A program made the position numbers and the translations under genes. Source: Candidatus Limnocylindria bacterium (GTDB lineage: Bacteria > Chloroflexota > Limnocylindria > P2-11E). From it: a stretch of DNA of 62,054 bases. The DNA lies in NCBI GenBank assembly GCA_036276035.1, contig DASUCM010000105.1, positions 1 through 62,054 of the forward strand. Direction: 5' to 3'. This document shows positions 9,405 to 18,108 of the stretch, in pieces. Position 1 is the stretch's first letter; every line of letters begins with the position of its first letter. A model generated the notes under the pieces. It did not search any database and was not told the origin of the DNA. It was given only the letters and a program-made list of their open reading frames with translations.

Positions 9405-9455
9405 CTAGAGGCTGACGCTCCCGGTGGCCGTCGTGCGCGTGCGCTGCTCGGTCAT
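9405..9455 (-). CDS. candidate 16-aa Thr-rich upstream ORF (MTEQRTRTTATGSVSL)
   Basis: ATG at 9455 is preceded by GAAGGAGGTG at a suitable spacing, in the rsgA leader region. It is followed by short hairpins (gatgtgg/ccacatc, gtgcc/ggcac). Confidence 0.25.
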   Translation of the reverse strand: MTEQRTRTTATGSVSL

Positions 9456-9507
9456 TCGTGGCCACCTCCTTCTCCCCGTGACCGGGGCTGCGTCGCGTTC
9501 AACGCTA

Positions 9508-11301
9508 TCACCAGCTGCCGCCACCCCCACCGCCGCCGCCGCCTCCGGAGAAGCCGCCGCCGCCGAAGCCGCTCGAGCCCTTCGACCCCGGCGTGTACGC
9601 GATTGTGCTCGACACGGTGGACGAGAAGGTGGCGAGCTCGCTCGAGAACGCCGACGGCGAGAACGCCCCGTGGCCGACGTACCAGCCCATGCCCTGCATC
9701 GCGCGCGTCGCCTCGCGGTCCAGGCCCTCGAACGCCTTCGCCCAGCGCTCGACGATGCCGAAGACGATCGCGTACGGCAGGTAGGCGGAGAAGATGCCCT
9801 CGCGCTCGGCGAAGGCCGCCCGGTCCTTCTCGGCGGTCTCCATGTAGCGGCGGAAGCCGAGCGTGCGGCGGAGCAGCTCGCTTCCCGCAGCGCTCCGGCG
9901 GGCCATCGCGCTGTGCGTCGCGAGGAGCGCCAGACCGCAGACGATGACCGCAAGGCCGACCAGCCCGAGCCCGAGCCTCGTCCCGAGCAGGAAGACGAGC
10001 CCCGCACCGGCCGCCGCGACGAGGATCCCCACGCCCGCCCACATCGCGCGCGCGTTCTCCGGGTCGCCGGTGAACCAGCGCCGCTCCATCGCGTCCCGGT
10101 AGAGCTGGCGCTGCGCGAGCTTCAGCGACGGCGCGACCTTGCCCTTCCGCTCCGACAGGAGCACCTCGCTCTCGGAGCCGAAGATGCCCTCGATGAGCTG
10201 CCGCTCCCAGCCAGCCAGCGACGCGTCGTCGCGGAGCTTCACCAGGCGCCAGTCGTCGCGGCCGAAGAGCCCGCTGCCCTCCACCTTCTCGATGCGCAGG
10301 ACGCCGCGCACCGCGAGGTCGACGACGGTCGCGGTGAGGTCCTTCGCGTCGGCTCTCTCGTCGAGGATGAGCCCGAGCTGCGCGGGCGTCAGCTTGTCGG
10401 GTGGCTCGTACTCGGGGATGACCGTCGGCGCGTCGAAGAGCGGCGCGGCGCCCTCCTCCGTCTCCTCGACGAAGGCCGCTCGCTTCAGGTACCGCCGGTC
10501 GCGGCCCTGCGCCGACCAGTTCCGGGCCACGAGCGTGAGCCCGCCCACGAGGACGAGGCCCGCGAGGCCGAGGCTCGCGGGCGTCGCGTCGAACCAGCGG
10601 TCGATGTCGCGCGCCCGCTCCTCGTAGATCGCGACGGGAGCGCGCACCGCGCCCTTCGGCAGCCCGACGACGATCGTGAGCTGCTCGCCGGGCTGCAGCG
10701 GCCGCGTCGCCGCGAACGAGACGTGCGGCGGCGCAACGGCGCTGCGGCACGGGTCGGTCGACCCCGTCGGCCCCTGGAAGCACGTCACCTGCGTGACGTT
10801 CGCCGGCGTGCGGACCGTCGCCGTGACCTGGCGGGACGGGACGCCCCACTCCGACCCGTTCACGTTCCAGTACAGCTCGTCATGGTCGTCGAAGGCGTTG
10901 AGGGCACCGCGGACGACGTAGCTGAGGAGGTACGTCTGCCGGCCGCTGATCGTGCGGTCGGGGTCCCCGATCCGGATCCGCTTGTTCGCGCCGTTGTCCT
11001 CGACCTCGTAGCGCCACCCGCGGCCGGAGGCGTCGCGGATGCTCGCCACCTCGAGCTCGTACACGCGGTCGTGCGTGTCGGTGTGCCGGTACCGCACCGG
11101 GATCTCGCGGAAGATCCCGTGCTTCTGCAGCCCGCGGAAGTCGACCTCGATCGTCTCCGTGATGACGAGCGAGCTGTCGGTCTGCATGACGATGCCGGCA
11201 TCGAAGCGGAGGATCTCCCAGCCCTCGTCCGCCGACGCCGCGCCACCCACGAGGAGCGGCACGGCCAGGAGGACGGCGGCGATCGCGCGGAGGGCGGTCA
11301 C
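9508..11301 (-). CDS. DUF2207 domain-containing membrane protein
   Basis: Signal peptide, an N-terminal beta domain (ILRFDAGIVMQTDSSLVITETIEVDF...GIFREIP), multiple TM helices and a poly-Gly C-terminal tail, typical of DUF2207. Confidence 0.85.
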   Translation of the reverse strand: MTALRAIAAVLLAVPLLVGGAASADEGWEILRFDAGIVMQTDSSLVITETIEVDFRGLQKHGIFREIPVRYRHTDTHDRVYELEVASIRDASGRGWRYEVEDNGANKRIRIGDPDRTISGRQTYLLSYVVRGALNAFDDHDELYWNVNGSEWGVPSRQVTATVRTPANVTQVTCFQGPTGSTDPCRSAVAPPHVSFAATRPLQPGEQLTIVVGLPKGAVRAPVAIYEERARDIDRWFDATPASLGLAGLVLVGGLTLVARNWSAQGRDRRYLKRAAFVEETEEGAAPLFDAPTVIPEYEPPDKLTPAQLGLILDERADAKDLTATVVDLAVRGVLRIEKVEGSGLFGRDDWRLVKLRDDASLAGWERQLIEGIFGSESEVLLSERKGKVAPSLKLAQRQLYRDAMERRWFTGDPENARAMWAGVGILVAAAGAGLVFLLGTRLGLGLVGLAVIVCGLALLATHSAMARRSAAGSELLRRTLGFRRYMETAEKDRAAFAEREGIFSAYLPYAIVFGIVERWAKAFEGLDREATRAMQGMGWYVGHGAFSPSAFSSELATFSSTVSSTIAYTPGSKGSSGFGGGGFSGGGGGGGGGGSW

Positions 11302-11328
11302 GCGGGTGACGCTACCGCCCTGGGTGCG

Positions 11329-11619
11329 TCACGGGATGGTGGCGGGAAGGAGCCGCAGCAGGATCGTCTGGACGAACTGGATCGCGATGAGCGCCACGAA
11401 CGGCGAGAAGTCGAACCCCGCGGCCTGCGGCAGCGCGCGGCGGATCGGCCCGAGGATCGGCTCGCTGACGCTCCAGGCGAACTCGCCGATGCCCCAGGGG
11501 ATGCGCATCGTCGGGATCCAGGACTGGATCACGCGCAGGAAGATCGCGAGCGTGATGGCGCCGCCGAGCACGTTGATGAACGCCTCCGCGAAGACGATGA
11601 GCAGGCACGTCGTGCACAC
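11329..11619 (-). CDS. yggT: YggT family membrane protein
   Basis: 96 aa with two TM segments and SEPILGPIRRALP...FDFSPFVALI, characteristic of YggT. Confidence 0.85.
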   Translation of the reverse strand: MCTTCLLIVFAEAFINVLGGAITLAIFLRVIQSWIPTMRIPWGIGEFAWSVSEPILGPIRRALPQAAGFDFSPFVALIAIQFVQTILLRLLPATIP

Positions 11620-11645
11620 GGCCTAGTGCGTCCCGCCGGGAACGG

Positions 11646-12218
11646 TCATGAGCGCTTCACCGGCACGTCGAGCTTGTAGCGCGACGGCGTCGGACCGGTC
11701 TGCCCCTGGTACGAGGAGCCGAGCTGCGGGGAGCCGTACGGGCGCTCCGCCGGCGACGAGAGCGGGAAGAACGAGAGCTGCCCGATCCGCATGCCCGGGT
11801 AGAGGGTGATCGGGATCGTGTTCACGTTCGAGAGCTCGAGCGTGATGTGGCCGTCCCACGCGGGATCGATGAAGCCCGCGGTGCTGTGGATGAGCAGGCC
11901 GAGCCGTCCGAGCGAGCTCTTGCCTTCGACACGCGACACGATGTCGTCCGGCAAGCGGATGCGCTCGCGCGTGGAGCCCAGCACGAACTCGCTCGGGTGA
12001 AGGATGAAGGGCCCGTCCGCCGCCTCGACGAGCTCCGTGATGTCGTCGAGCGGCTTCGCCAGGTCGATGTGCGTGTGCCGAGACGAGCGGAAGACGCGGA
12101 AGCGGTGGTCGAGCCGGATATCGACGCTCGCGGGCTGCACGCACTCGGGGTCGTACGGGTCGATGCCGATGCGACCGCTCTCGATCGCGGCGCGGATGTC
12201 GCGGTCGGATAGGACCAT
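11646..12218 (-). CDS. dcd: dCTP deaminase
   Basis: In-frame ATG at 12218 ([12 protein letters not shown]), with [19 protein letters not shown] and GHITLELSN motifs. Length is 190 aa. Confidence 0.92.
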   Translation of the reverse strand: MVLSDRDIRAAIESGRIGIDPYDPECVQPASVDIRLDHRFRVFRSSRHTHIDLAKPLDDITELVEAADGPFILHPSEFVLGSTRERIRLPDDIVSRVEGKSSLGRLGLLIHSTAGFIDPAWDGHITLELSNVNTIPITLYPGMRIGQLSFFPLSSPAERPYGSPQLGSSYQGQTGPTPSRYKLDVPVKRS

Positions 12219-12312
12219 CAGCCGAGCGAGGAGCGGCTTTGCCGCGACAAGCGAGTCCACGCGTGCGGAGCATGCGGCGAGGCCGAAGGCCGAGCGCGAA
12301 GAGCAGGCACCA

Positions 12313-12975
12313 TCAGGCGCGAAGGATACGTTCGCGCAGCTCCGGCCACGTGCGCACGACGAGGTCGGCCTCGGGCACGCGCTCGGTCTCGACGCCCCAG
12401 AGGACCTGCACCGCGAGCGCGCCGGCGCCGCGGGCCATGCGCATGTCGGTCCGCGTGTCGCCGACGACCGCGGTCTCCTCGGGCCGCGCGCCGAGCCGCT
12501 CCATCGCCGCGATGGCGAGGTCCGGCTCGGGCTTCGGGCGCGGGACGGAGTCGCCGCCGAGGTACGCGTCGACCTCGCGCCTGAGGCCGAGGCCACGCAG
12601 GATCCGTTCGCAGTCCGCAGCGCGCTTGCCGGTGACCGTCGCCTGCCGGATCCCGGCGCGGCGGAACGCGCGGAGCGTCGTCAGCGCGCCGCGGTAGAGC
12701 CTCGTCGCAGGGATCGCCACCTCCTCGTAGATCGCGCGGTACTCGGCGCGGTACGTCACCGCATCCTCGGCGCTGAGGTCCGGCCAGGCGACGCGGAACA
12801 GCGCCTCGAGCGGCAGGCCGGTCATCCGCCCGAAGTCCGCGAAGTCGACCGGCGTCCCGCCGTGCTTCGCGATCACCTGGTTCGCGGTGTCGACGACGAA
12901 GCGCACGCTGTCGGTCAGCGTCCCGTCCAGATCCCAGAGGACCGCGCGGATCGCGTGGCGCGGCTGGGTCGTCAG
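12313..12975 (-). CDS. HAD-superfamily hydrolase (phosphoglycolate phosphatase-like)
   Basis: The catalytic motif I ([13 protein letters not shown]) lies upstream of the first ATG/GTG/TTG (12906), so the start must be non-canonical. Candidates are CTG 12975, overlapping the nrdR TGA, or ATC 12951. Motifs VTGK and GDTRTD are present. Confidence 0.8.
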   Translation of the reverse strand: MTTQPRHAIRAVLWDLDGTLTDSVRFVVDTANQVIAKHGGTPVDFADFGRMTGLPLEALFRVAWPDLSAEDAVTYRAEYRAIYEEVAIPATRLYRGALTTLRAFRRAGIRQATVTGKRAADCERILRGLGLRREVDAYLGGDSVPRPKPEPDLAIAAMERLGARPEETAVVGDTRTDMRMARGAGALAVQVLWGVETERVPEADLVVRTWPELRERILRA

Positions 12976-13517
12976 CGGCGCTTGCGGCGCGTGGGCGGCG
13001 CCGGCTGCGCGCCGATGGGCAGCGCGATCTGCTCCGCGAGACCGCGCCCGCGCGCGTCCTCGCGCAGGCGGACGAGCTGCGCGAGCTCGTCGTAGAGCGC
13101 GTCCGGGTCATCGAGGCGTGAGTACACGATCTTGAATCGGAGGTAGCTCATCGGATCGAGCGAGGCGAGCCGCTCGAGCACCATCTCCCCGATCCGCTGC
13201 GAGCTGACCTCGGCCGCGCCGCTCTGGCGGATCGTCGTCTCGATGTCGTCGATGAGCTCGCCGATCTGCGCCGCGGTGAGCGCCTTCGAGGCCCCCTTCT
13301 CGATCGCGCTGACGAGCTTGCGGCGGTCGAACTCCTGCTTGGACCCGTCGCGCTTGGTCACCTGGATGCGCGCGGATTCCGCACGCTCCTGTGTCGTGAA
13401 GCGCCCGCCGCAGCCGTCGCAGGCGCGGCGGCGGCGGATCGCGCTGCCCTCATCCGCCTCCCGCGAATCGATGACCCGCGTGTCCGCTCTGTTGCAGGTG
13501 GGGCACCGCACGACCAC
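12972..13517 (-). CDS. nrdR: transcriptional repressor NrdR
   Basis: Zn ribbon CPTC...CDGC followed by an ATP-cone (KRDGSKQEFDRRKL...). A second GTG at 13511 gives the canonical MRCPxC start. Confidence 0.93.
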   Translation of the reverse strand: MVVRCPTCNRADTRVIDSREADEGSAIRRRRACDGCGGRFTTQERAESARIQVTKRDGSKQEFDRRKLVSAIEKGASKALTAAQIGELIDDIETTIRQSGAAEVSSQRIGEMVLERLASLDPMSYLRFKIVYSRLDDPDALYDELAQLVRLREDARGRGLAEQIALPIGAQPAPPTRRKRR

Positions 13518-13572
13518 AAGATATGGGACCTGGGGCCACTACAGAAGGGGGACGCCGCGGCGGGCACGGGAA

Positions 13573-13596
13573 GGCCCCGGTCCTGCGACCGGGGCC
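13573..13596 (-). terminator. GC-rich hairpin (ggccccggtc-ctgc-gaccggggcc), possible terminator
   Basis: Perfect 10-bp stem and 4-nt loop between the small ORF and nrdR. There is only a weak U tract. Confidence 0.5.
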
Positions 13597-13620
13597 CCGA
13601 AGCTCAGTGCGTGGTGACCG

Positions 13621-13698
13621 CTACCGGACGCCGAGCAGGAACAGGATGATCAGCAGCAGGAGCGGGGCGCCGAGCAGCCAGCCGAGGATGAGGATCAT
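13621..13698 (-). CDS. 25-aa hydrophobic peptide (MILILGWLLGAPLLLLIILFLLGVR)
   Basis: ATG at 13698 is preceded by AAAGGAGAGAGAAG. All codons but the stop end in G/C. It is too short for the ORF track. Confidence 0.45.
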   Translation of the reverse strand: MILILGWLLGAPLLLLIILFLLGVR

Positions 13699-13713
13699 CT
13701 TCTCTCTCCTTTA

Positions 13714-14382
13714 TCAGATGCGGTCGGCCGCGCGGTCGACGCGCGCGGCGACCCGGCGGGTGACCCACATCGGCTCGCCGGAGCCCATCCAGCCGCCGAC
13801 GACCCCGCCCATGAGGCCGATGAGCATGGTCGCCGCCGCGGCCATCGCGGAGTTCCGCGCGGCCTTCGCGATGGCCGGGTCGACCGCCTGCCCGGCGACG
13901 GCAGGCTGCGCGGCCGGAGCCGGCGCGAGCCCGGAGTACCAGCCGTTCAGGTACTGCGCCGCCTGTGACGCGAGCGCGAGCAGGACGATGGTCGCGATGA
14001 CGAAGGTGATCGCGCCGTAGAGCGCGGCGGTCTCCGGCACGCGCACGCCGGCGATGCGCACGGCGATGTACCCGCCGAGGACGAACGCCCAGAACGCACT
14101 GAACACCGCGAAGGCGAGCGCCCAGAAGCCCACGCCGCTCCAGTCGGTGACGCGCCCTTCGATCCCCGCGCGGTGGGCGCCGATCGCCGTCCCGATGAAC
14201 CCGAACAGGACGACCGCGACGACGCTGGTGAGAGCGCCGACCCAGATCCCGCTCCAGGTCATCGTGAGCGCGGCGACCGCCGCTTCCGCCCGCGCGCCGG
14301 GCATCCGCGTGGTCGAGGGCCCGTGGTCCCTCACATCCATTGACGTCCTCCCGTGATCACGGGATGCCGCACAAGACTGCAC
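13714..14382 (-). CDS. integral membrane protein (unknown function)
   Basis: Track ORF with 4-5 hydrophobic helices, immediately downstream of ftsZ. An alternative ATG lies at 14340. Confidence 0.6.
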   Translation of the reverse strand: MQSCAASRDHGRTSMDVRDHGPSTTRMPGARAEAAVAALTMTWSGIWVGALTSVVAVVLFGFIGTAIGAHRAGIEGRVTDWSGVGFWALAFAVFSAFWAFVLGGYIAVRIAGVRVPETAALYGAITFVIATIVLLALASQAAQYLNGWYSGLAPAPAAQPAVAGQAVDPAIAKAARNSAMAAAATMLIGLMGGVVGGWMGSGEPMWVTRRVAARVDRAADRI

Positions 14383-14436
14383 CCCGGTCGTACGGCCGGG
14401 GTGCAGGGTGCATGCCAGCGTGTTCGGGGAGCGGAC

Positions 14437-15573
14437 TCAGCGACGGCGCAGGAAGCTCGGGACCTCCAGGTCGTTCGGGTCGTACGACTTCGGCTCCGGC
14501 GCGTGCTCCGCCTTCGGTGCACCGTTCGCGACCGACGCACCCGCCGCGACCGCCGGCCGCTCCGCCTGGCGCGGCTCGGTCTGGCGACGGTAGATGGGCT
14601 GCTCGATCCGCTTCAGCGGCCGCGTCGAGTCGAAGCCCGTCGCGATGACGCTGATCTTCACGTCGCTGCCCATGCGCTCGTCGATGACGGCGCCGAAGAT
14701 GATGTTCGCCTCGGGGTCCGCCGCCGCGTGGATGATCTCCGCCGCCTCGTTCACCTCGAAGAGCGTGAGGTCCGGGCCGCCGGTGATCGTGAACAGCACG
14801 CCACGCGCGCCGTCGATCGACTGCTCGAGGAGCGGCGACATGATCGCCTGCCGCGCGGCATCCGCCGCGCGCGCCTCGCCGGCGCCGTGGCCGATGCCCA
14901 TGAGCGCGCTGCCGGCGTTCGTCATGATCGTCTTCACGTCGGCGAAGTCCAGGTTGATGAGGCCGGGCACCGTGATGAGGTCGCTGATGCCCTGCACGCC
15001 CTGGCGCAGGACGTCGTCGACGATGCGGAACGCGTCGACCATGCTCGTCTTCTTCTCGACGACCTGGAGCAGACGGTCGTTCGGGATCGTGATGAGCGTG
15101 TCGACCTTGTCGACGAGCTCCTGGATCCCCTGCTCCGCGAGGAGCCGGCGCTTCGCGCCCTCGAACTGGAAGGGCTTCGTGACGACGGCGACAGTGAGCG
15201 CGCCGATGTCCTTCGCGATCTCCGCGATGATCGGCGCGGCGCCCGTCCCGGTGCCGCCGCCCATCCCCGCGGTGATGAAGATCATGTCGGCCTCTTTGAG
15301 GGCCTCGTAGAGCTTCTCGCTGTCGTCCTCGGCGCTCTTGCGACCGACCGACGGGTCGGCACCCGCGCCGAGGCCGCGCGTGATCTTGTCGCCGATGCGG
15401 ATCTTGTGGGGCGCATCCGAGAGGAGGAGCGCCTGAGCGTCGGTGTTCACGGAGATGAACTCGACGCCCATGAGCTCGGCCCGGATCATGCGGTTGACGG
15501 CGTTCGAGCCGCCGCCGCCGACGCCCACCACCTTGATGAGCGCGAAGTTCTCGATATCCGAACGTAGCGGCAT
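14437..15573 (-). CDS. ftsZ: cell division protein FtsZ
   Basis: [13 protein letters not shown], the tubulin signature [20 protein letters not shown], and the C-terminal peptide [11 protein letters not shown]. Confidence 0.97.
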   Translation of the reverse strand: MPLRSDIENFALIKVVGVGGGGSNAVNRMIRAELMGVEFISVNTDAQALLLSDAPHKIRIGDKITRGLGAGADPSVGRKSAEDDSEKLYEALKEADMIFITAGMGGGTGTGAAPIIAEIAKDIGALTVAVVTKPFQFEGAKRRLLAEQGIQELVDKVDTLITIPNDRLLQVVEKKTSMVDAFRIVDDVLRQGVQGISDLITVPGLINLDFADVKTIMTNAGSALMGIGHGAGEARAADAARQAIMSPLLEQSIDGARGVLFTITGGPDLTLFEVNEAAEIIHAAADPEANIIFGAVIDERMGSDVKISVIATGFDSTRPLKRIEQPIYRRQTEPRQAERPAVAAGASVANGAPKAEHAPEPKSYDPNDLEVPSFLRRR

Positions 15574-15575
15574 GA

Positions 15576-15617
15576 GAGGGGCAGCCTCCTTCTCAGGATT
15601 CCATGCCGCTGCCCCTC
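15576..15617 (-). promoter_or_regulatory. 10-bp perfect hairpin in the ftsZ 5' leader enclosing the Shine-Dalgarno sequence
   Basis: gaggggcagc (15576..15585) pairs with gctgcccctc (15608..15617). The GAAGGAGG ribosome-binding site (15586..15593) sits in the loop next to the 3' arm, 2 nt before the stem base and AUG. Confidence 0.35.
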
Positions 15618-15655
15618 CCCTGAGCTTTGAGCATGGGGTTATTCAGTTGCCGTCG

Positions 15656-15683
15656 ACTATACCCCGCCCCCGCTGCATTGGAA
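15656..15683 (-). promoter_or_regulatory. candidate ftsZ promoter (TTCCAA-16 nt-TATAGT)
   Basis: A low-GC patch in the ftsA-ftsZ spacer. The hexamers were read on the minus strand. The -35 is weak. Confidence 0.25.
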
Positions 15684-15737
15684 CACCCTCCGAGCGGCGC
15701 GCCGCGGCGCCGCTCAGGCGCGCTTGGGGGACACGGC

Positions 15738-16973
15738 CTACGGCATCAGCCCGCGAAAGAGCTTGCCGAGCCGCTGGCCGAGGCCCTCGCCGGGCGCGCG
15801 GCCGCGGGCGCGCTCGTCGCCCTCGTTCCAGGACCGGGCGCCCCAGAGCAGCAGGCCGCTCACGGCCGAGTAGGGCGGCGTCTGCACGGAGTCGGTGAGC
15901 CCGCCGAGGCCGCGAGGCGCGACGACCCTGGCGCTCATGCCGAGCTGGTCCCGGCCCGCCCGCGCGATGCCCTGCATGAGCGAGCCCCCGCCGGTGAGGA
16001 CCAGGCCCGCCTGGAGGCGGTTCGTGGCGCCGGCCGTCTCGACCTCCGCCGCCACGAGCTTGAAGAGCTCGAAGATGCGCGACTCGATGATCTCGGCAAC
16101 GTGGCGGCGCGTGACGCCGTGCGAGACGTCCTCGCCGATCGAGGTGATCTGCACGACCTCATCGGGGTCGACGTCGATCGGCAGCGCCGTGCCATGGCGC
16201 AGCTTCACGCTCTCCGCGACGTCCGGGGTCACGCGCAGGACGATGCCGAGGTCCGCGGTGATCGTCCGCGCCCCGATCGGGACCGTCGCCGCGTGCGCGA
16301 TCGAGCCGTCCTGGAAGATCGCGACGTCCGTCGTGTCGCCACCGAGGTCCACGAGGCACACGCCGAGCTCGCGGTCCTCGTCGGCGAGGACGGCCTCGCC
16401 GGTCGCGAGCGGCGCGAGGACGAGCTGGTCGATCTCGATGCCGGCGCGCTGCACGCACTTCGAGAGGTTCTGCACGCTCGTGGACGACGCGGTGACGATG
16501 TGCGTCTCGACCTCGAGGCGCACCGCGCTCATGCCGATCGGGTCGCGCACGCCCGGCTGGCCATCGACGACATAGCCGCGCGGGATGACGTGGAGGATCT
16601 CGCGCGTGTTCGGGATCGACACCGCGCGCGCCGCCTCGATCGCGCGGAGCGTGTCGTCCCGGTGCACGTCGTGGCCGCCGCCCGAGACCGCGACCATGCC
16701 GCGCGAGTTCTGCGACCCGATGTGGCTTCCGGCGATGCCGACGAGCGCGGAGCGGACCTTCAGGCCCGACATGCGCTCCGCGGCCTCGATGGCCGCCGTC
16801 ACGGACTGCACCGTGCGGTCGATGTCGATGACGACGCCCTTGCGCAGGCCGTCGGACGGCGCCTGGCCGATGCCGATGACGTCGACGCCGCCGGTGCGGT
16901 TCAGCTCGCCGATGAGGACGCAGACCTTCGTGGTCCCGATATCGATGCCGACGAGGACGGACTGCTCAGGCAC
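15738..16973 (-). CDS. ftsA: cell division protein FtsA
   Basis: Actin-like ATPase motifs (VGIDIGTTKVCVLIGE, DLGGDTTDVAIF, LTGGGSLMQGI), located upstream of ftsZ. Confidence 0.95.
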   Translation of the reverse strand: MPEQSVLVGIDIGTTKVCVLIGELNRTGGVDVIGIGQAPSDGLRKGVVIDIDRTVQSVTAAIEAAERMSGLKVRSALVGIAGSHIGSQNSRGMVAVSGGGHDVHRDDTLRAIEAARAVSIPNTREILHVIPRGYVVDGQPGVRDPIGMSAVRLEVETHIVTASSTSVQNLSKCVQRAGIEIDQLVLAPLATGEAVLADEDRELGVCLVDLGGDTTDVAIFQDGSIAHAATVPIGARTITADLGIVLRVTPDVAESVKLRHGTALPIDVDPDEVVQITSIGEDVSHGVTRRHVAEIIESRIFELFKLVAAEVETAGATNRLQAGLVLTGGGSLMQGIARAGRDQLGMSARVVAPRGLGGLTDSVQTPPYSAVSGLLLWGARSWNEGDERARGRAPGEGLGQRLGKLFRGLMP

Positions 16974-17018
16974 GCGTCACCCCGGTCCTGCCGTCTCTCC
17001 TCATTCCCCAGCGTGAGG

Positions 17019-17342
17019 TTATAGGAAATGCCTCCGGATGACCGCCACGTTCTGGAAGATGCGCCACCCGAACGCGAACAGGGCGACGAGATAGAGGTCG
17101 ATACCGAGCCGGTCGCCGAGGAACGTGAGCGCCGCCGCGAGCAGGGCGTTCGTGTAGAAGCCCGAAAGGAAGATCCGCGTCGAGAAGTGGCCCTCGAACT
17201 CCGCACGCAGCGCGCCGAGGAGCGAGTCGAGCGCGGCGAGGATGCCGACGGCGGTGTAGCGCGCGAGGTCGATGGGCAGGTTCACGCGCAGCGCGAGGCC
17301 GAGCAGGACGCCCGCGACGAGCCCGAGGAGCGGTAGCCACAT
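17019..17342 (-). CDS. sbp: small basic protein (DUF1290, Sbp-like)
   Basis: MWLPLLGLVAGVLLG...AVGILAALDSLLGALRA...FQNVAVIRR resembles Bacillus Sbp/YlxX. It sits in the same position between ftsQ/divIB and ftsA. Confidence 0.8.
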   Translation of the reverse strand: MWLPLLGLVAGVLLGLALRVNLPIDLARYTAVGILAALDSLLGALRAEFEGHFSTRIFLSGFYTNALLAAALTFLGDRLGIDLYLVALFAFGWRIFQNVAVIRRHFL

Positions 17343-17354
17343 CGACGGAAGTGG

Positions 17355-18002
17355 CTATCGGGGAGAGAAGACGATGCGGTCGGGGCTGCGCACGTCGACG
17401 AAGTCTAGCGGGCGGTCGGGCTCGTTCCGCAGGAACTGACGCGCGACGACGAGCTTCTCGTCGAAGCTCTCCGGCCCGCCGAACCGGATCTCCCATCGCG
17501 AGCCGCTTCGGAGCACCAGGCCGTTCGGCCCCGGCTCGATCACGACCTCGGGCGCGCGCATGTCGGCGCGCAGCTCGCCCGGCGCGAGTGCCGCGAGCCG
17601 GAGCGCGGCGCCGACGAGCGCCGCATCGAGACGCTCGCCCGCGCTCCGTTGCGGACTGCGCAGGTCGCGCACGCGCAGCGCGGGCGCCGCCGTCGGATCG
17701 ACCGACGCGAAGAGCACGCCGTCCGCGTCGACGAACCACTCGGTCCCTTCGACGCGCCAGCGTCCCGCGGCCTCACGCTCGATGAGCGAGATCGTGTACG
17801 TGCCGAGGACGTCGAGCTCGACCGCGGCGTCGCGCACGGACGGCATGGCGCGCAGCCGTGCCCGCGCCTCGGACGCGCTCGCGCGGAATGCGCGCGCGCC
17901 CTGGAGGCCGCTCTGCGCGACAGCGTCGGCGGCCGCGGTGTGCCGCGCGCCGCTCACCGTCCCATCTCGGAGCAGCGCCGCGTCGGTCGCCGCGAGGGCC
18001 AC
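17355..18002 (-). CDS. ftsQ: cell division protein FtsQ (POTRA domain); the true start is probably upstream of 18002
   Basis: POTRA/FtsQ-type body. The frame stays open upstream and encodes RRQAATRRRPRKARIDQGRAAAGVVAALALAALV (basic tail plus TM) without any ATG/GTG/TTG/CTG. ATC 18059 has GGAAGG 5 nt upstream. Confidence 0.8.
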   Translation of the reverse strand: MALAATDAALLRDGTVSGARHTAAADAVAQSGLQGARAFRASASEARARLRAMPSVRDAAVELDVLGTYTISLIEREAAGRWRVEGTEWFVDADGVLFASVDPTAAPALRVRDLRSPQRSAGERLDAALVGAALRLAALAPGELRADMRAPEVVIEPGPNGLVLRSGSRWEIRFGGPESFDEKLVVARQFLRNEPDRPLDFVDVRSPDRIVFSPR

Positions 18003-18108
18003 GAGCGCCGCGAGCGCGAGCGCCGCGACGACGCCAGCGGCCGCGCGTCCCTGATCGATGCGTGCCTTCCGGGGGCGGCGCCTCGTCGCCGCCTGGCGGC
18101 GCGCGGGC

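Noticed and set aside
9508-9560. Runs of ggc/ggt (poly-Gly tail of DUF2207) and the 24-bp tandem repeat near 7034..7085 (VAAPLAPA repeat), checked as possible CRISPR or other non-coding repeat arrays.
   Set aside because: Both are in-frame low-complexity coding repeats inside well-supported ORFs. There is no spacer-repeat architecture.
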